The notes beneath the pieces are model-generated. The model made no database searches, was not told where the DNA came from, and was given only the letters and a program-made list of their open reading frames with translations. A DNA stretch of 64,000 nucleotides from Podarcis muralis (lineage: Eukaryota): contig NC_135664.1 of NCBI RefSeq assembly GCF_964188315.1, positions 27,528,001-27,592,000 of the forward strand, read 5' to 3'. A program made the position numbers and the translations under genes. Below are positions 12,701 to 25,486 of the stretch, one piece after another (positions within the stretch are counted from its first letter, which is position 1; every line of letters begins with the position of its first letter).

Positions 12701-13167
12701 CTGAGTCAGGCCGTTTTTATTCTGAATATTGTTTTGAAGATTGAGTCGACAGGAGCCAGAACGTGCTCACTGCTGACTGAAGTCGGACTTGAGTGTGGTT
12801 CTCAAGGAACCAGATCCTAACTGCCTTTGAACTGCAGAAAGATTTGTGCCAAATATGCAGATTTAAGTGGAACCAGCCATGTCAAAGCTGTAGGGAATAG
12901 CTCACCTTAAATCCACATATCTAGGTTTAACCACTTCTGAATCAAAAGGCAAGTGACTTATTGAAGGATCAAACAGATTACCTGTATATATTTCCTCAAA
13001 TAACGTAAAGCTCCCCACCTAAATAAATCAAATAAATCATGCTTCTATTGTCAGAGACAGTATGGCTCTGATTACTAGTTGTTGGGACTCACAGATGATT
13101 ATTCATAATGGTAATATTTCTTGATTTATACTATCAAGTAGTATATGCATTTTGCTAAATAACAATA

Positions 13168-13420
13168 CAGTGCTACCTTGGGTTAAGTACTTAATTCATT
13201 CCGGAGGTCCGTTCTTAACCTGAAACTGTTCTTGAAGCACCACTTTAGCTAATGGGGCCTCCTGCTGCCGCTGTGGCGCTGGAGCACGATTTCTGTTCTC
13301 ATCCTGAAGCAAAGTTTTTAACCTGAGGTACTATTTCTGGGTTAGCAGAGTCTGTAACCTGAAGCGTATGTAGCCTGAAGCATATGTAACCTGAAGCGTA
13401 TGTAACCCGAGGTACCACTG
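13168..13420 (-). mobile_element. Tc1/mariner (Tigger/pogo-like) MITE, family A
   Basis: TIR CAGTG(G/C)TACCT..GGTT / AACCCGAGGTACCACTG, TA on both sides, and internal 17-bp GTAACCTGAAGCGTAT repeats. Confidence 0.92.
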
Positions 13421-13984
13421 TACAGAGAGAGGGCTGTTAAATTCTGTTTGGTGGCTTCCATTGTGAAAAAAGGATGCTGAATTAGATGGTTCTTTGGCCT
13501 GATCCAGCAAGGCTCATCATACGTTTTGATCATACAAGAGCAGCACAGTCCTCTGTTGTGCAGCTGGGACCCTATGGCTGCTTGGCTATTAACTTTAAAA
13601 CAGCTCTTTGGGGAAAAACACTCTGTAAAGCAAGCAGCCAACACCAGATTCCATTTAATGCAGATGCCCCGGGATGTGGCCTTTTGCCTTGATTAAAAAG
13701 GATTCCTGATTAATAGGAAACACCGTTGACTGTAAATTGTAATACAGTTGTCTGGCTGAATGGCAAGCTCACCCGTCTGTCTGCAGGGCCGCAACACTTT
13801 GTGAGTTTTGTCGCATGTTTTGTGGGGTTCATAAGAAATACATAGCAGCTATTTTTCATTTCTGTTCTTTGTTTACCTACTCGTGGTCTACCCCGCAGAG
13901 GAAGGGGGGGGGAGTAGGTAGCCTGAAAAGTGGGCAGCCTATTGGTGGTGGTTGTGGTTGGTGAGCTGGGGACATATACCTGAC

Positions 13985-14145
13985 CTCCCATCAATGGGAG
14001 GGAGAAGGGAGAGATGGAAGTGAGGTCAGCACAGTGCAAATGCCTTGGTGAAGTTCAACTGGTGCTTCTACGGGTGCATTTGCACTGTGCTGACCTCCCC
14101 ACCCTGTCTCTTCTTCCCTGCTTCCTCCCATTAAGCTGCAACAAC
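13985..14145. repeat. Old palindromic repeat with a perfect 22-bp stem core
   Basis: 14022-14043 is the exact reverse complement of 14076-14097. The outer arms pair imperfectly. A related copy lies at about 5250-5390. Confidence 0.7.
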
Positions 14146-14621
14146 ACCAGTGATGGGAGGTCTGCTAAGTGCTGCCACATCATCCTACTGACTGCTACTG
14201 CTTCATAGTTTGAAGTCTTGCAAAGTTCTAAATAAAAACCCCAGTGTGTTGCCTCCAATATTAATCATAGAGTAGATTTAGAGCTCCTTAGGATGACCTG
14301 TTTATCTAGCATCCATCTGTTTGTACAACGCTTACATGGCAGTTAGATTACATTCAATTTTTATTGAGCGTTCTTTCTGATTTGCTTCTACGACAATGAA
14401 CATTCATCTTCATTCAAATGCCCATTTGAAGCATGTGATGTAGGTGCAGTGTCTCCTTTCTTGACAGTAGTTGTTGTTCATAATAATTTTGCAGAAGTTC
14501 ACATGTTTTAAAATTATCTTCCTGTGGTGTGGAGATTAACAGATGGACAACAAAAGTGGATGTAGTGAGGCCTTATGATTCCAAAGAGCCTTATACTCAT
14601 TTTGTTGTGTTTTTAATATTT

Positions 14622-14695
14622 TGTTGGGCGCCGCTCAGAGTGGCTGGGGCAACCCAGTCAGGTAGGTGGCCTAATAATAATATTACTGTTGTTGT
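14622..14695 (+). mobile_element. L2-type LINE 3' tail fragment
   Basis: GTTGGGCGCCGCTCAGAGTGGCTGGGGCAACCCAGTCAGG followed by an AAT/GTT tail. Confidence 0.7.
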
Positions 14696-16457
14696 TTGGA
14701 AGAATAAACACCCACCAGCCACTCTCAGTGGTTGGAAATTTTCACTCGATCTTGTCTGGATATCTACTTGGAGATATGGGCTGCTTATATCCATATATGT
14801 TTAGGTCAGAATCTGTGGATTTTGTTTCTTGTTAATGTGAGCTGATGCAGTTTCTTTTTTCTATATTTTAAAACAGACACACAGAGATTTACACATTCAA
14901 CCAGATATGCTTGTGGGGTGTTTACACGTTTTCCTCTTTATAATTTGTCCACCCCACACTTTCAATACGTTTCCCCATCACTCTCCAAACAGCAAAAAGC
15001 CTGCTTTTGTTTTTGAAAAACTTCAATTTGCTTAACTTTTATCCACCTTAATGTCACAAAGTTCTGGTATGCATTTGGATTCCTCCTACAGAATACTGAC
15101 AGTCTGGAGGCATCTCCATCACTGAACAGGTTTACAGTGGGCCTTCTCTGAGTCAATACAGTGGATTATTCTTAATAGACTTTGCTATTCTGCTCTTTCT
15201 CTTGTAGTTACTTTAGGAGTGACTTTTGAGTGTATCTTATATCTAAGAGTATGTTTCAATGAGTGCAACTCATTTATCAGGCGCAAGTCTCGTCTGTCTG
15301 TGGCTTTAATGACTTATTTCAAGATGTGAAAGAACTCAGTGTCAATTTCTTAAGTTATTTTCATATTCTTTCCAGCTAATTTACAGTTTGATTATTTCAC
15401 AAGCTACTTGAAATAACCTTTATTAATCATTTTGTGGTAAAAGGGAGAGAATAATTGATGCAAATGAATGCTGAAAAATTTAGTCAGAAGCATACATTCT
15501 GGAAAATAAACGTGGAAGTAAAATACTGTACTTATCATTATTTCATAGGAACCAACTCCTAGGGGCTGAGCTCCTTTCAGCCTCCCTCCATAAATTATTT
15601 TTTGGGGGGAGCATCCTCCCAAGTTGACGGGCGTTTCCATTCAAATGGGGTGTGTGTGTGCCACATCTTGCGATTGGTTATGCAGGGCAGAGCTTACCTG
15701 CCCTCATATTTTACTGAAGTTGGCAACCCCAGCATGGTTTGGAGGTACTACTTCCTAACCTGAACAACAATATTTTGCCGTAAGTCCTTTTCATGTGTTG
15801 GAACAGTATATACCACACACAACCCCAACTCTGGCATCTACATGTTCACTGGCTTTGTGTGCTTCCTCGGAGTCTAGATGTATGCATTTTGTGAGATGCC
15901 AGGTTGTATGTGCAGAGCCTATGTGCGTAGTCTTATTTATACATGAGCTCCATGTACACAGAGACAATAAACACATGGAGATCCAGAGAAGCTGCGGTGG
16001 GCGCAATCCCACCACCATGTGTTCATTGTGTACAGTTTTTGAACTTGTGAAAAGGGCCGTAGAGGTTGGCCGTTTTGTTGTGTATAGAATTATGGAATCA
16101 CAGAACTGTACACTTGGAACAAAGGCTTGATTACCTAGTCCCTCCCAAGGTGAGCTAAGCCTGGCAGGACAGCTTACTCTACGGTTTTAACCTCTTCATG
16201 TATTACCGTAATTAGACTTTAGCAGGTTGGTTATATGAGACTGGTCATCCCACACAAAAAGTGTTCATTTGTGCTGAATATGGCAGAAAGAAGAGGTGAA
16301 GGGTAGTGTTGGCAAGCAGTGAGAAGAGTTCAAAAACAGAATTTAAGGTTATAAACTGAAGCACTCCTTCTCGTAGATTAGTCGTATTGAACACAGAGCT
16401 TACTAAAGGACGGTGGAAGAAAGCTATCAGTAGCTGCTAGTCATGACGGCTATACTG

Positions 16458-16666
16458 CAGGCATGTCCAACAGGTCAATCGTGTGATGTCCCTGGTCGAT
16501 TCTTGTCAATCTTAGGACGCCCAGTAATAATAATAAAAAAGCTCAACAACTTTGGTTCCCTAAAAAAAGGTCAACAACTGTGGTCAATCCTCCATTGACA
16601 ATGTGTAGATCACTGCCAGTTTTTACTGTGAGTAGATTGCAGTCTCTTGGGAGTTGGACATGGCTG
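16458..16666. mobile_element. hAT MITE
   Basis: TIR CAGGCATGTCCAAC / GTTGGACATGGCTG. Perfect 8-bp TSD CTATACTG (16450-16457, 16667-16674). Confidence 0.88.
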
Positions 16667-19039
16667 CTATACTGCACCCAGTATTTGAGGCTGTATGCTT
16701 CTGTATGTCAGTCTTTGGTTATCAACAGCATGAGGAGTGCTATTCCATTCATGTTCTTTTTGTAGGCTGCAGTACCCATAGACATCTGGTTGAGAGCAGA
16801 GTGCCTTTGGCTTAATCCAGCAGTGCTGTTTTATGTTCTCAGTGCGCCAGATTGGTCTGCATTTTCTCTACCCAGACACACTAGGATATGACTCAGATGT
16901 TAAAAGCAACTCACGTTACTGAGCCCATTGGCAATTGCAGTGGTTTCTCATTGGCAGAGCAGTCCAGCTGCTTGTGGGGATTCCACCGGTGAAGTACTTG
17001 ACACAGCCATCACCCTGTCAGCTCTCTGCAGCAAGGGCAGTGTGTGTGTGTGTCCCCCTATTTCTCTCTCTCATGGATTCAATTGAGAGTGAAATCACTA
17101 TGCCAGGGCCAAGACTAGCATGGTTTCAGGACCTTTGTGTGGGTGTGTGAAGGAAAAGAAGCAGCTTGGGATTTTGTGGATCCACAGCTCTCACCCAATA
17201 CACCTGCAAAGCACCCATCCTGCACATTTTGGCCCATACCACAGATGAAGCACTACTAGTAGGATATCTACAATGGTGGGACATCTCCTGACCCCTGCCC
17301 AGTGGGCCCCATCCTTCAGCAGCAGAACCTCCTACGCTAGAGTTAAGCTATGCTAACTCTGGAGCTGCTAGAGCTCATATGCCTCCTATTGGAATTAATG
17401 GAACTCTTCTTTTTTTTAAGGGACAAGAAAGAAAATGAAAAAAGCACCACCCAATCTGTGATTGCATAGAGCACCTTCACTTTTTCTTCCGTGCCCCCTC
17501 CACTTCCTGGGTCGCTTTGTTACAGTCATAATGGCCTAGCTGCAAATTGACTCAGGCATTTCAAAGAGCTAATTCACATTTGCCATATTTTTCCATTTGC
17601 TCTTTTGAATACAGGATTTTGAAATAAATCTGGGAGCACTTTCCAGAAAGACCATTAGCCAGTGCCTGCTGTTGGTTCACATTATTGCTGTAGAAAATTA
17701 TGCCAGGCTAAATTGTGTCACAGTTATTTGTAACTTGCATAGGGGTATTACAGCTTTAATAGCCGCAAAGCACAAGGTCCTCTTCATGAAAGATGGGGCT
17801 TACAGAACATTTTTCTTCTTTGCCATTAATTTGCTCTATTCTTCTGCTCTTCCCTGAAACCTAATCTTAAAAAGACAAATATTCCTATGTTACAAGTCAA
17901 TATTTACAATGTAAGTCGGAATATTGGAACAGCCACAGGTGTTTCTGTATTGGAATTCTTAAATGGTTCACTCCTTGACTTACCATGACTGACACACAGT
18001 GCAGAGCAATACTAATAAAAGATAATTGCCCATAAATTACTTTGCTTCTCTGGTGCATTTATCACCTTATCTTCCACCTTTGTTTTTATGTGTTTCCACT
18101 AAATCTGAAGCTTGCATCATCATTTGATGAGGAAAATGAACCCATTTCACCCACGTCAACTTCCCTGCAGGCTGCTAGGCATTGGTGAGTCAGAGTGAAG
18201 AGGACAACAGAATTGGCCTGTTTGAAGATTTCCTGTCAGCGACACAGACTTAACCCGCTTGATAGATGATCACAAATGGAGTCCAGACTCTGATCTAGTG
18301 GGACCTTCTTTTGCTGAGCTGACCAAAAAGGATTCTTGTCGCTTGTTATGAACAGAGCAATTGCATTCTTTCAGACTTTATCTTTTGACATAGATTAACA
18401 CACTCCCACTTTATTTAGTCTTGGCCATCGCTTATTTGTGATGAAAGTTGTTTGAAATCACCTAGCAGCACTTTAAGCCACAAGCTGGGTTTTTATTTTT
18501 ATTTCGGCTCCGCTGCTTAGAAATTCCTGAAATCAGCTCCTTGGGCCAGGATGCATGCTGCTTTCTTCTCAGAGACCTGACACAATTCCCTGTTGCTGTT
18601 GCTACCTTATCTTGCTAATGATAATTTTATCAAACAGTGGGAGAAGGGCAGAACTGTCACTGCTATCTGCTATGTGAAGAGTAAAAGGCCAAACTTTTAA
18701 TTGCTGCTTCTGCAGCTTGAATATGGAATTATCAAAGGGGAAATAATAAGAATTCTCTCTGGGTACCCAAACCACTTTTAAGTTCATTGTGAATCAATAG
18801 TGTGTTAATAGCGAGAGCTGCCTGGCTTTCTAAACACTTCAGGGAGGCTCTCTGGACACTTTCTAGAGACCACTGTCAAAGTAACGACATTACATACCGC
18901 GACCTCAATTGATTTACAGCAAAGTGGCCACTATTCTGTGTGGGCTCAGTATGGCAAAGGGACTCAGTGTGACCTCCCCAAGGATTCTTGTGCTCAGAGT
19001 CTTCCTCTGTACACAATAACTTAGGAGGCTGTCCTACTT

Positions 19040-19185
19040 TGTCAGACCACCTCACCCAGTGTTGTCTTCTCAGACTGGCTGCAGATCTTCAGGGTTACAG
19101 CTAGAGGATATTCCCAGCCCTACCTGGGAATAGAACCTGCAATGATATGCATGCAAAGCGGATGTTCTCCCACTGATCTAGCTCC
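19040..19185 (-). mobile_element. Old tRNA-derived SINE fragment (Squam2/MIR-like)
   Basis: The reverse complement gives a decayed tRNA-like head (GGGAAGGGAGCTAGATCAGTGGGAGAACATCCGCTTTGCATGC). Related relics lie near 30200-30345 and 49940-50070. Confidence 0.5.
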
Positions 19186-19526
19186 CTTCCCTGGGTCAGA
19201 TCCAAATACACAAGCTTAGAGGGCAGACCGAAATGATCAGCTAATCTAATTCTTTGTGTTTCAGTAGTAGAAGTGCATTTACTAAATGGATAGTTGCTGT
19301 TATTATTATTTATTAAATTTATATACTACCCTTCATCTGAAGATCACAGGGTGGTTTATAGTATACAGTTGTGGGATTTCAACTCAGTATCGGATAGGAA
19401 CATAGGCAGTTGCCTTATACCATTGATTTATCTAGGTGGCAATTCTCATCATCATTGAGCGGTATTGACCATGCTGGCTGGGGTTGATGGGACCTGTCCT
19501 AAACATTTGTAGGACACCCGCTTGGG

Positions 19527-19805
19527 GAAGAAGAAGAAGAAGAAGAAGAAGAAGAAGAAGAAGAAGAAGGGGAGTTTGGATTTGATATCCCGCTTTATCA
19601 GTACGCTAAGGAGTCTCAAAGTGGCTAACAATCTCCTTTTCCCTTCCTCCACCACAACAAACACTCTGTGAGGTGAGTGAGGCTGAGAGACTTCAGAGAA
19701 GTGTGACTGGCCCAAGGTCACCCAGCAGCTGCATGTGGAGGGGGGAATCGAACCCGGTTCACCAGATTGCGAGTCCACCATTCTTAACCACTACACCACA
19801 CTGGC
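19527..19805 (-). mobile_element. Squam3-type tRNA SINE with (CTT)n tail
   Basis: Minus-strand head GCCAGTGTGGTGTAGTGGTTAAG...GGTTCGATTCC. Homologous to four other copies. Confidence 0.9.
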
Positions 19806-21286
19806 CTTGAAGTTTTTTGCATCTCCTAACACTGATGGCATCATTCAGGACCCCGCCCTAGGAATACAGAGAGATAAATCATGAACTAAACAATATGGTT
19901 TGCAAAAAAAGTGTGTTGCTGGATCAGGCACCTAGCTGCTGCATCTACATCCCTCTCCCATTGGCAGCACACTCTCTTGGCAACTGGGTGCAAGAGGCAG
20001 TTTCATGTTTTGCCACTTGTGGTGTTGGATAACATTTATTCACAATCAGTTGTTCTTGTGTATTTTTACGAGTGAAATGCTGTGCCAACCAAAGGGAAGA
20101 TAATTACATTGGAGTCACTGAATGGTTTTATTATGATGTGCTGGCAAGCTCTTGAGCCTTGTAAACATGACCCAACAGGCCTGGTGTGAAAAAGCTATTG
20201 TTGCAAGTGCTGGTTTGGGTGTGTCAACAGATAAGGCAAGAGGCAGCGATGAATGATGGTTGCTGTTTACATCGTTGAATATTGCCAATATTCTAATAAA
20301 GCAACCTGCTCACTGCAACGTTCTTGAGGATTGTTCCTAATAAGGCATGGAAGAAATGTAAAGTAAATGACTGCCTCTAATAGCAAACGCGGATCACAAG
20401 TGCCGACAGGATTGGAGTCCAAATGGGGCCACCAAGAGATAAGAGGCAGGACCTAAAGATTTGTAGAAGGACAACAAGCTTTGCCAATTCTGAACCCAGT
20501 TTCTGTCTTCTCTATATTTCAGTGACCTATCAGAAGAGATAAATATGTTTGGGCACTGTAATCTTGTGGTCTTGTTTGACATCAGTTCTATTCAGATAAT
20601 CCTTTCTTGAGACTAAGATAATGACACAAACCCCAAAAATTAAACATATAGATATCACATACATTCTATAGAATGTATTTGAGGTATTCAGCTGAAGGAT
20701 TGTCGGGGTCCCTTAGTGGTATTATATTTGCTTGCTTTGCATGCCTGAATGTCATTTTACGTTGAGAATTCAACCAAATTAGGTCACTGATGGTTTTGGT
20801 TAGTAGCAGAATTTTATATTGCACACACATTGTGTGATGTTTTCAATTTTCTCTCCCTGTTTTAACATTAAATCGGGGGGAAATGCTTAAGAATGCAAGG
20901 CTTCAAGGCACACATCCTTTTTTTGCTCCCTTTTAATTTCTCTTTTGAATTTTGTTTGAACTGGAAATGATATTTTGCACATAATGTACAGCAGCTTGGT
21001 AGGATCCAAGCAGCTGTTACAGAGACTTAAAGACTTAAAACGATGCCCTTGAACACATGAATGTGTCTTTGTTATGTTCCTATCTCATGCACTTGTGGTC
21101 TGTGGATCAGTTGTGGCTTGTGTAAGAGCAGGGGTAGCCCATGTGTGTTGCCCTCCCAGTGTTGTTGGACTGCAACTCCCATCTTCTCTGTCCATTGGCA
21201 GAGCACGCAGGGGCTGCTGGGAGTTGTAGTCCAATGGCTTCTGTTGGCTTGGCAATCACTGTGGTAGAGCATTAATCGTCACTTTG

Positions 21287-21608
21287 TGTTATGTACTGAG
21301 CTGAATCCTAGAACAATAAGATCCAGAATTCAGCAGTCTGATTGGTCCGCAGGAGCCACCCAATCCAGCTCCAGATGGAAGTGAATCAGCGACCTGATTG
21401 GCCTGCAGGAGCAGCCAATCAGGCTCCTGGATGAAGTGAATAAGCAACCTGATTGGCCTGCAGGAGCAGGCCGGAATTAGCCAATCAAGTGGGGCCAATT
21501 GTGTAAATAATGTATATATAGCTAGACGTTTTGGGCAAAGTTTCATTCATTGCTACTATGAGCTGAATAAAGAGCATGAAATTCACACTCGACTTTGAGT
21601 ATATTTCA
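21287..21608 (+). mobile_element. Solo LTR (322 bp)
   Basis: TG...CA termini, 5-bp flanks CTTTG / GTTTG (4/5), seven CCAAT/ATTGG boxes, a 37-bp internal direct repeat (period 55), TATATATA at 21513 and AATAAA at 21566. Confidence 0.85.
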
Positions 21609-23077
21609 GTTTGTTTGTATACTTCTTGACATACCACAGCTTTAGTTTGTGAGTTTAACTCTAATTTATGATTCCAGAACAACAGTAATTACAATCCAGG
21701 GGTGAAACTAGGCTTTATTTCACCTGGGTCAAAGACCCAGTTTGGCACACACAGACACCCATACACATTTTCATACACACCCACAAAGGCTGGGAGTCCC
21801 AATGGTGGCCCTCTGGAGGCTTCACCTGGGGCAAAAAACCTGGCTAGGTACCCCCCCTAATAGCTAAAACTATGTACAATCTAAAGGTGTTGTTTGCATG
21901 ACATTCTTTAAAAAAAGAAAACAAGTCTTAAACATTTGCAGTGCATCAGCACAATTGTATTTATGTCATTATTTTTTAGAGAAAGTATCTGGAGTCACTT
22001 GCAGAATTATGGTGCGTCAGAGAACATTATCATGACTAAGGGAGCTCATATATCACCAGTGCAAGAAAATAGTAGAAAAACATCCCCAGCCAATTCACCC
22101 CGTAGGATCTAACATGCTGGGCATATAAGCCCTTCATCACTTAGTATTTTACATAAGCGCTTCCATTAGCTCTGAGGGCAGCAGATGACTCATTGTAACA
22201 GATTAGCCAGGATTTTGCGGATTTTAACTTCAGGCTGTCTTTTTGATGCATGCATCTCCAATTGTCACTCCACTACGTGAGTAAAGCACAAAAGAGCAAT
22301 GCTATAGCTGAGATTCTCATTCAGAAACTAGATCTGGATTTCTGTTGCTTAAGGTCCTCCTTTGAAGCTTCCTCATTCAAAGCGCAGCTTTAAATTCAGA
22401 ACAGCTACTAGAGAAGGGACTCACCGAACATTTCCCGTTAACTTAAATGGGTGGGGTGGGGTGGGTTAAGAAGCAGTAACTGCAGAATAATAAGTTGCCA
22501 GAGAACTTGGATCTGAGGGCTGATTCACACTTTATGTGGCAAGGATGTTTGCCATGTGTGGATTGGCCGTTGTGTAAAGATGTGAAGCGGAAACACATTT
22601 CTGTACTTGAAAGAAATAGAATCTGAATTTCCTTGCTTTTCTCTTAGTTCACAGTTTCTTTTTGCTATTATATTATAAACTAGCAGGCAAAGACTGCTTT
22701 CTAATCTCTCCTACAGCATGTAGAAAACTGTAGGTAGGCACTTTATATGATGATGACCCTATCTGGCCATCTGAATTATCTAACTTGGGAGACACCAATT
22801 CTCTGATTGGAATGTGGAGCCCATTGTAACATTTCCTTTCCCATAGGGATGTTCATAAATGACATTATAGCACTGTATGTATGTATGTATTTATTTAGTT
22901 CATTTTATACGGCTGCCCATCAAGTATTCCCTGGATGGCTTACAAACAAGGCAAGGCAATATTAAAAATACAATACGATATATGGATTGGCTGCAGCCAA
23001 GGAGAGAGTTTAAACCCAAGCCCAGGTTCTGATGACACACTAAGTCAAACAACAATGAGGGAGAAGCAAAGCAGTTG

Positions 23078-23327
23078 GAAGAAGAAGAAGAAGAGTTTGG
23101 ATTTGATATCCTGCTTTATCACTACCCGAAGGAGTCTCAAAGCGGCTAACATTCTCCTTTCCCTTCCTCCCCCATAACAAACACTCTGTGAGGTGGGTGG
23201 GGCTGAGAGACTTCAGAGAAGTGTGACTAGCCCAAGGTCAGCCAGCAGCTGCATGTGGAGGAGCAGAGACACGAACCCGGTTCACCAGATTACGAGTCTA
23301 TCACTCTTAACCACTACACCACACTGG
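23078..23327 (-). mobile_element. Squam3-type SINE
   Basis: Homologous to the 19527 and 26589 copies, with a GAA tail. Confidence 0.92.
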
Positions 23328-23935
23328 AGTTCCTCTACAGGAGCCTACATGGTCATATGGTCCAGAGAAGCAATAATTTAGCTTGGCTTGCCATGCCATG
23401 CGTGAACCAGCCCTTGTAGGGAGCCCAGCAGGGTCAGAAATAAGACTATGTACATATTAGCGAAACACAGGAATGTCACCCCCTCCTGAGCCTCAAGTCA
23501 CTTTTTTTACACACCAGAGATGGGGGTGGGGGTGTCTTCTCCTGATGGACAACACCTGATTTTTCTCCCCGCCAAACTTCTATTCAATAAAGCAGACTCC
23601 TGGGCCCAGGCTGTTATCTGTGCATCCACAATGACTGTTGGAAATGTATGCACCTCAGCTTGACTGAAACTTACGTTTTCAAATTGGATGGGATTTGGTT
23701 TAAGAGAAAACACATCAATCAGTAATGAGAGACTATGTGTGACTACTTAGTGGCAATACGGCAGGGTGATAATGAGATGACATTTCTCCCTTATTTTCTT
23801 CTTTCTTTGGACAAGATCCTCTGATCCTGAGGAGAAACTTAGGTTGTAAGCACATTCTTTCTCTTCAAAGAATTATGGAGACTGTGGTTTACCCCTCACA
23901 GAGTTACAGTTTCCAGGAACCTTTGACAAACTACA

Positions 23936-24009
23936 GTGCTTGCTTCGGCAGCACATATACTGTACTAAAATTGGAACGTTACAGAGAAGATTAGCATGGC
24001 CCTGCACAA
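23936..24009 (+). pseudogene. U6: U6 snRNA 3'-truncated (tailless) retropseudogene
   Basis: GTGCTTGCTTCGGCAGCACATATACT[GTACT]AAAATTGGAACGTTACAGAGAAGATTAGCATGGCCCTGCACAA matches U6 nt 1 to about 70. 14-bp TSD ACAAACTACAGTGC (23926-23939, 24006-24019). No poly(A) and no upstream PSE/TATA seen. Confidence 0.95.
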
Positions 24010-25251
24010 ACTACAGTGCCCAGAATTCTTTGAGGAAAATAATGTGAGTTGAATGTGGCTTAAATGCATAGTATGTATGCAGCTTATAGGACAGGCCAGT
24101 CGAACATTTACCACAACGTTGCCCACTTTCATCCTGTGCATCATCGTGCACCCGGGATGAAAAGTCTCCTTTATAATGAGCACAACAATGCATTCCTTAC
24201 ACACCAGCTACCGTTTTCCAAGGGCAGAAAGACATTAAAAGGTGCAAGATGAGTGAGTTACATTCTATTATAAGCAGCATATTTACAACATTAAAGGGTT
24301 CATTTTATTTGCCAAAGGAGAAATAATCCATGTCACATCGAGCTACAAACACAACCTTTATTAAACAAACAAAAAACAAACAAAACATGGCGCAAATATG
24401 AGAGAAACACTCTACTCCCTCATCTAAAGTATGCGTTTGACAACAGCTGCTACAGTTCTGGCTCAGGAAGCAGGTGTTAGACCACCTACAAGCTCAAAAT
24501 GTTTTCTGTACCAAAATCATGCAGGCTTGCATGGAGACTTCAAAGAACCGAGTCGGATGCAGCGGCAAAAAACTCCCCAAAAAACCAACAACGGTGGAAT
24601 GCTGACACCGCCATTCCCTTTATTGCCTTACTTAGCCCACTGCTATGAAGAGAGCCAAACAAATCTGTCAGATGAGAGGAAGAAAGCATTTTTCTCCTTT
24701 CCCCCAGTTCCTTAAGTGCTTTTGGAAGGGATAACTTTCATCTGGATTGGTTGCTCACTTTCTGTAATGCCGCACTCTGAGCATAATTATGGCATGATTA
24801 ACTTAGAAAGACGCAGTCTTGTGTGTGTGTACCAGATTATTTAACTGAAGCTCCTATGCCATCATAGGACGAATATAAAGGTGTTTTAGTTTTCAGGCCC
24901 GGTGCTGCTTCCTTTCTGCATTTTTTTATTGGCCATTGAAACTATCTCAAGTTTTCGGAGAAACATTTTTTGAAATATTTTTTTTACATAAAGTCGGTCA
25001 GGACTGACTTGACACATTTGGCAACCTAATCTAGGAGATGTGCCCCAGGGTCTCCTGCAGGTCACAGAAGATACTGGAACACTCAGATCATGGCAGGTTG
25101 CTTCATTGGCCCTTACTGCTGCTGATTGCTTGGGGTACCTGAGTAGGTGGGCCCTGTTTGCCTTTAGTTCAGTGTATAGCAGTGGCTCTCAAACTTCTTT
25201 TTTCTTGGCCATGCTTTCAGAATAAAAATTCACTTGCACTTTTTAAATAAT

Positions 25252-25486
25252 GGATTTGGATTTGATATCCCGCTTTATCACTACCCGAAGGAGTCTCAAA
25301 GCGGCTAACATTCTCCTTTCCCTTCCTCCCCCACTACAAACACTCTGTGAGGTAAATGAGGCTGAGAGACTTCAGAGAAGTGTGACTAGCCCAAGGTCAC
25401 CCAGCAGCTGCATATGGAGGAGCGGGGAATCGAACCCAGTTCACCAGATTACGAGTCCACTGCTCTTAACCACTACACCACATTGC
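25252..25486 (-). mobile_element. Squam3-type SINE
   Basis: Homologous to the other copies; the tail is lost. Confidence 0.9.

Noticed and set aside
14030-14045. miR-130/301 family gene (CAGTGCAA)
   Set aside because: Only the seed matches, it lies on the 5' arm next to the loop, and the rest differs from the known matures.
23936-24009. Functional U6 gene
   Set aside because: It lacks the 3' third and the T terminator, has an insertion and substitutions, shows no PSE/TATA, and is flanked by a TSD.
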